DNA from: Prorocentrum cordatum
Taxonomy: Eukaryota
Length of the DNA: 64,000 nucleotides
Assembly (NCBI GenBank): GCA_963575745.1
Contig: CAUYUJ010000001.1
Span: 124,001-188,000 of the forward strand
Reading direction: 5' to 3'
A program made the translations under genes and the position numbers. Each line of letters starts with the position of its first letter. Position 1 is the stretch's first letter. The notes under the pieces were generated by a model. That model had not been told where the DNA came from. It did not search any database and worked only from the letters and a program-made list of their open reading frames with translations. This document shows, piece after piece, positions 60,671 to 64,000 of the stretch.

Positions 60671-63600
60671 CCACCCCACTTTCGTTCCACCTGCGTCGCG
60701 GTGCCCACGCTTACATATGTTTTACAGTCAACCCGCATAATAATGATGGGCATCCTTCCCAAGGCTCTGTTAGACAATTTTGGTTGACAGTTCCGTTTCG
60801 TGTGTACGTACACGTGGCGAGCCGACAGTCTGTTAGACAATTCTGTTTGACAGATCCGCGTCGTGTGAACGTTTGTTTCAGGCGTGTGCGCTGAACCCAG
60901 CATGCAGGTAAAGCCAGCACACTCAGTGCACGCCCGTGCGCGGTGTTGGCGACAGTGCCCCTTCGGTCCTGCCCACTGGCTCGCGGAGGAAAAAAAATCC
61001 TTCCCAAGGGCACCCTTGCAGCCTTGCCTCCTCGGCCTATCCTTCGCCACTTTTGCTGTCCGCGCTCCGCTCGAAAGGTTTCGAAGCGGCCTTCCGAGGC
61101 CCTTGCATCCGTGTCTCCCGTCCTTATGATGCGGGCCGACTGCAGTCCCTCGCCGAGGATAGGTTTCCACTGTCCTTGACTGGACTCCGAAGCGCGTGGT
61201 GGTTTCCAGCAGCTGCGCCTCGTCGAGTCGTCACCGGGGTACCGGGATCGTCCCGCCCGGCCGCCGGAGGCCCGAGCTGTGGTCCGAAGGCCAGGGAGCG
61301 GAAGGCCAAGGGCAATGCCAGGATCAAGTCGGGCACGTCCCTCTCCAAGAGGACAATTCAGAGATGGTCACAGAGTGGTCAGGGGACGATGTTTCGGCCC
61401 TTCTTGACTATGTTTGAATGTGGTTTGGCTACTTATCACTTCTTCCAAAACCCGCCTGCAGGAGGACATGCCCGACCTAGCGTGAAGAGGGGGTGTGCTC
61501 CGGGGGTGATACATCGGCCCTGAGTCGTCCATGCATCGCCGATGGTGGCTTGCCAGCCCACCGCGCCCAGGACCGTGCAGATTTGCCATGGGGCGCCATC
61601 ACCGATTTGTCGGCGGTGCATCGCCGACTCCGGGTCGATGCTTCCCCCCTCAGCCAGTCCCCCCCTGATGTTCCCCGAAGACAGACAGAAGTTCTTATCC
61701 ATTTCGAAGGCTCCTTGTCGGTGTCGCCGCGGGCGTTGCCCATTTGAGACGAGGAGCCGCCTGCCCTTTAGCAGCCGCTGTTGATTTGTGACAACATTTG
61801 CTTTTGGGCGTCGTGCCCGTCTTGTCCGAGCCCGTGTCGGGCATGCAAATCTGATGGAGCCGACGTCACAGGACCTGGGGCGGCGGCGGATGTGGACAGT
61901 ATCGGGCCCCGGTGGGGGCCGAAAATGTCCAGATCCGCTAGCTCTTGGGACGTTATTTGGACATCCGTTCCAGCGGCGGTGGATAGACGAGAAGAAGGAG
62001 GAGGAGGAGGAGAAGGGGGAGGGGGAGCAGGAGGAGGAGGAGGAGGAGAAGGAGGAGGAGGAGGAGGGGGGTGTAAATCCCCGCCTCGCAGGAACCGGGG
62101 AATGGGGGGCCCCAGACTCTCTCGCCGCGGCCTTCCGGAGCCCCTCCGACGCCGCGGCTGGAGCCGCGCAGGTGTGCTGGCCAGAGCGCACTCCACGACA
62201 GGTCGGAGTGTTGTCGAGGATGCTGGCAGTCGAACCCAGGCCTTCGCGCCGTGAATCAGAGCGTGAATTACCTACCTCGCTTTCGCTTCCAGGCAAAACC
62301 AAGCCATACCACGCGCCTCCTCGTCAAGCGGCCTGACCAGTACAGGCTGCAATTTGGCATCGTTTGGTATCTCTTGGAAGCGAGGGTGGTCAAAAGCGAG
62401 GTAGGTTTGTTTTCCCCCTAGTGAAACAAGCACAGGGAGTGTTGACGGTGGTCCACCTCCAAGGGCGGTCGCCAAGCCCTGGCACCATCAGAAACGATTC
62501 GGGGTGAAGAGCAGGTTACGGGGAGGGGCGTCGAGAGTTCGAGGGGCCCACGCTGTGAAATAAACAAACGATGGCGGGGGATGGAGAAACCAGGAGGAGG
62601 AGGAGGTTCGAGGATGAATATGTTTGGATTTTGTTGTAAATCTGGCCGAAACGTGTCTTTGAAGGGGTCTGGGAGTCGAGCAGGAGGAGGGTAGAGGAGG
62701 ATGTGGAAGATGGTGACACGGAAGAGGAGGAGGAGGTTGAGGAGGAGGAGGAGGAGGAGGAGGAGGATGCACGAGGAGGACGAGGAGGAGAATGGACGAG
62801 GATTGGCAGGGGGTTGCGATGCCCCACGCAGTCGGGTTGAAGCAGCTTCGTTCAGCACGTCATGCGAGGAAGACAGCAAGAACAGTAATGTTCACCACAG
62901 TTGGGAGAGCTCCGAATCAGAGACATGCTTACCACATTGGCATACGGACAGCTTACGTCACTCAATCAAGTGTTCCACCCCGTTCTGCCAATCACGTATC
63001 CCACATGCTTCCACATCGATGAAGAAGATCGCACCCATGAACCACGCTGCACCCCCATGATTCACTAGTTTCCACCATGCTTCCAACAACATGTCAGCAG
63101 GCATCGTGTTCCCTGGCAGCATGTACAACACATCGGTATCCCCGGCAGGCGTGCCAAGCGAACACATGTCCGAAAAATCGTCGCGACAGGAAGCCTTCAC
63201 CATGCACACCTCTTGCTGCCATAGCAAAAGCAATCAGGCCTTCCATCCGTAAGTCTGATGATGTACAGCTCCAGCCAGGCCAGCCTGGTGCCTTCAGAAC
63301 AGGCCAACCAGACCGATCTGGTCAGGCTAGCCAATATGATGTGTTAGTTCTGCGTTTTGCGGTCGGGAAGCAAACCATGACATAAACATAAACACTCGGA
63401 AATCCGCGCGGATTCCTCGACGACGATCCGCGGCCCCGGCGGCGGCCGCCGACGATCCGCAGACGACGACGGCCCCCCTTCGCGCTCGCCGCGCGCCGCC
63501 CCCCCCCCTTCCGCCACAGCCGGAGAGGCGGCCGCCGCAGAGCGCGCGCTCGCCGCCTGCCGCTGCCTCGAGGCACCGCCGGACGGGGCAGAGTGGCGGG

Positions 63601-64000
63601 CACCCTCGGGGGCCTCGGGATGGTGGAGGAACAAAACGACGCGAAGATCGGGACAAAATCGGATCGGGATAACTCGGAAGCTCTGAGGATCGGCGGGTTT
63701 GGAGGATGTATTGAGCGCCGCGGCCGCTCCAGAGCGTTCCGGAACGCTCTGAGAGCGCTCCGGAACGCTCTGGAGCGATTTATCCCGATCCTAGCCTTGT
63801 TTTAAGGAACAAAAAACGGCATGCAGTGGAGACCCACGCCAAGAAACACTTTGCTTGCCTCTTGCCTCCAGGGTGCCCCACAGGGGGGGTATACCCAAGG
63901 CCCCAGTGGCAGTGCCCGCATGGTGGTCCCGCCCAGCACACCCTTTCCGCGCTTGGTGGCCCCATAATGAGATCCACCGAAGGCGATACAGTGGGGGCGC

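Overview
GC-rich, repeat-dense eukaryotic DNA, almost certainly from a dinoflagellate: a perfect 22-nt dinoflagellate spliced leader (TCCGTAGCCATTTTGGCTCAAG) sits at 6170-6191, several relic copies occur, and predicted introns have GC donors. Most of the window is GAC/GAG/GAT microsatellite, minisatellites, dispersed repeats and two decayed retroelements: an SL-capped, RNase H-bearing LINE (6170-~12210) and a Ty1/copia LTR element (~42062-47154). The highlight is a 14,639-bp cargo-rich DNA transposon at 22800-37438. It has CCTGAAGG termini, a CA target-site duplication, phased GTTATAA subterminal repeats and a CMC (EnSpm/CACTA/Mirage/Plavaka-like) DDE transposase at its right end. It carries about 8 further genes: a putative ParB-like protein with a SET-like tail, two proteins with AP2-like C-termini, a Gly/Tyr/His repeat protein, two coiled-coil proteins and a small paralog pair. 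Its four largest non-repetitive genes are each preceded by a relic spliced leader. A six-copy 27-bp palindrome array with an AT-rich core lies within about 45 bp of the element midpoint. All domain calls are motif recognition by eye, not database results.
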